Of a stretch of 57,860 bases of DNA, positions 57,758 to 57,860 are shown in pieces. Source of the DNA: an uncultured bacterium (lineage in GTDB: Bacteria; Patescibacteriota; Minisyncoccia; UBA6257; UBA9933); the NCBI GenBank assembly GCA_913009635.1, contig CAJVXI010000002.1:1-57860 (forward strand). Reading direction: 5' to 3'. Below the pieces are notes generated by a model. The model did no database searches, was not told where the DNA came from, and saw only the letters and a list, made by a program, of their open reading frames with translations. How positions within the stretch are numbered: the stretch's first letter is position 1; every line of letters begins with the position of its first letter. Both the position numbers and the translations under genes were made by a program.

Positions 57758-57860
57758 GATCGGAAGAGCACACGTCTGAACTCCAGTCACATTCCTTTAT
57801 CTCGTATGCCGTCTTCTGCTTGAAAAAAAAAAAAAAAACAACAGTAATCTCAATATTATT
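57757..57860. other. Illumina TruSeq indexed adapter read-through plus poly-A and junk (assembly artefact)
   Basis: agatcggaagagcacacgtctgaactccagtcac-attccttt-atctcgtatgccgtcttctgcttg followed by A16. Confidence 0.97.

Noticed and set aside
57823-57838. Poly-A run at the contig end as a biological feature.
   Set aside because: It directly follows a complete Illumina adapter and is therefore a sequencing read-through artefact.

Overview
AT-rich, gene-dense bacterial contig. Tiny housekeeping operons, an archaeal-type TyrRS, no rplA after rplK, short SMC/EF-Ts/PheT, secreted cell-wall hydrolases and few Shine-Dalgarno sites fit a Patescibacteria/CPR (Parcubacteria-like) genome; this placement is inference. 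The standard genetic code applies. I call about 60 CDS and 9 tRNAs, with no rRNA and no CRISPR. The CDS cover translation, the dcw cluster mraZ-rsmH-ftsL-ftsI-murF, grpE-dnaK-dnaJ, dnaE, dnaB, gyrB, smc and recR. Four things stand out. (1) The right end (54.5-57.8 kb) is an accessory island: a minus-strand operon of a ThsB-like TIR protein, a 4-TM protein and a small basic PD-(D/E)xK-like protein, followed by a GC-rich nested-hairpin tail. It sits next to a LexA/S24-like repressor and a beta-class DNA methyltransferase. This looks like an undescribed TIR-based defence module lacking the usual ThsA partner. (2) The contig is saturated with short palindromic repeat families, and several are inserted in frame in essential genes. 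These include a 75-bp element in pheS, pheT and rsmH, a GC-rich ~42-bp element in gatB and rnhB, an A-rich KLKTK element, paired palindromes in thrS, and CCCCRTTAGA hairpins in smc and recR. This is reminiscent of Rickettsia palindromic elements. There are also 130-150 bp MITE-like elements and stop-rich TAGCCACTAG REP-like units at gene boundaries. (3) A foreign-looking pyrimidine deoxynucleotide cluster (ThyA-like, HIT, dCMP deaminase fusion, cytidylyltransferase) sits between rplK and gatB. (4) The last ~100 bp are Illumina TruSeq adapter plus poly-A, an assembly artefact that truncates the methyltransferase ORF. All calls were made by eye from the sequence and the ORF translations; no database search or folding program was run.
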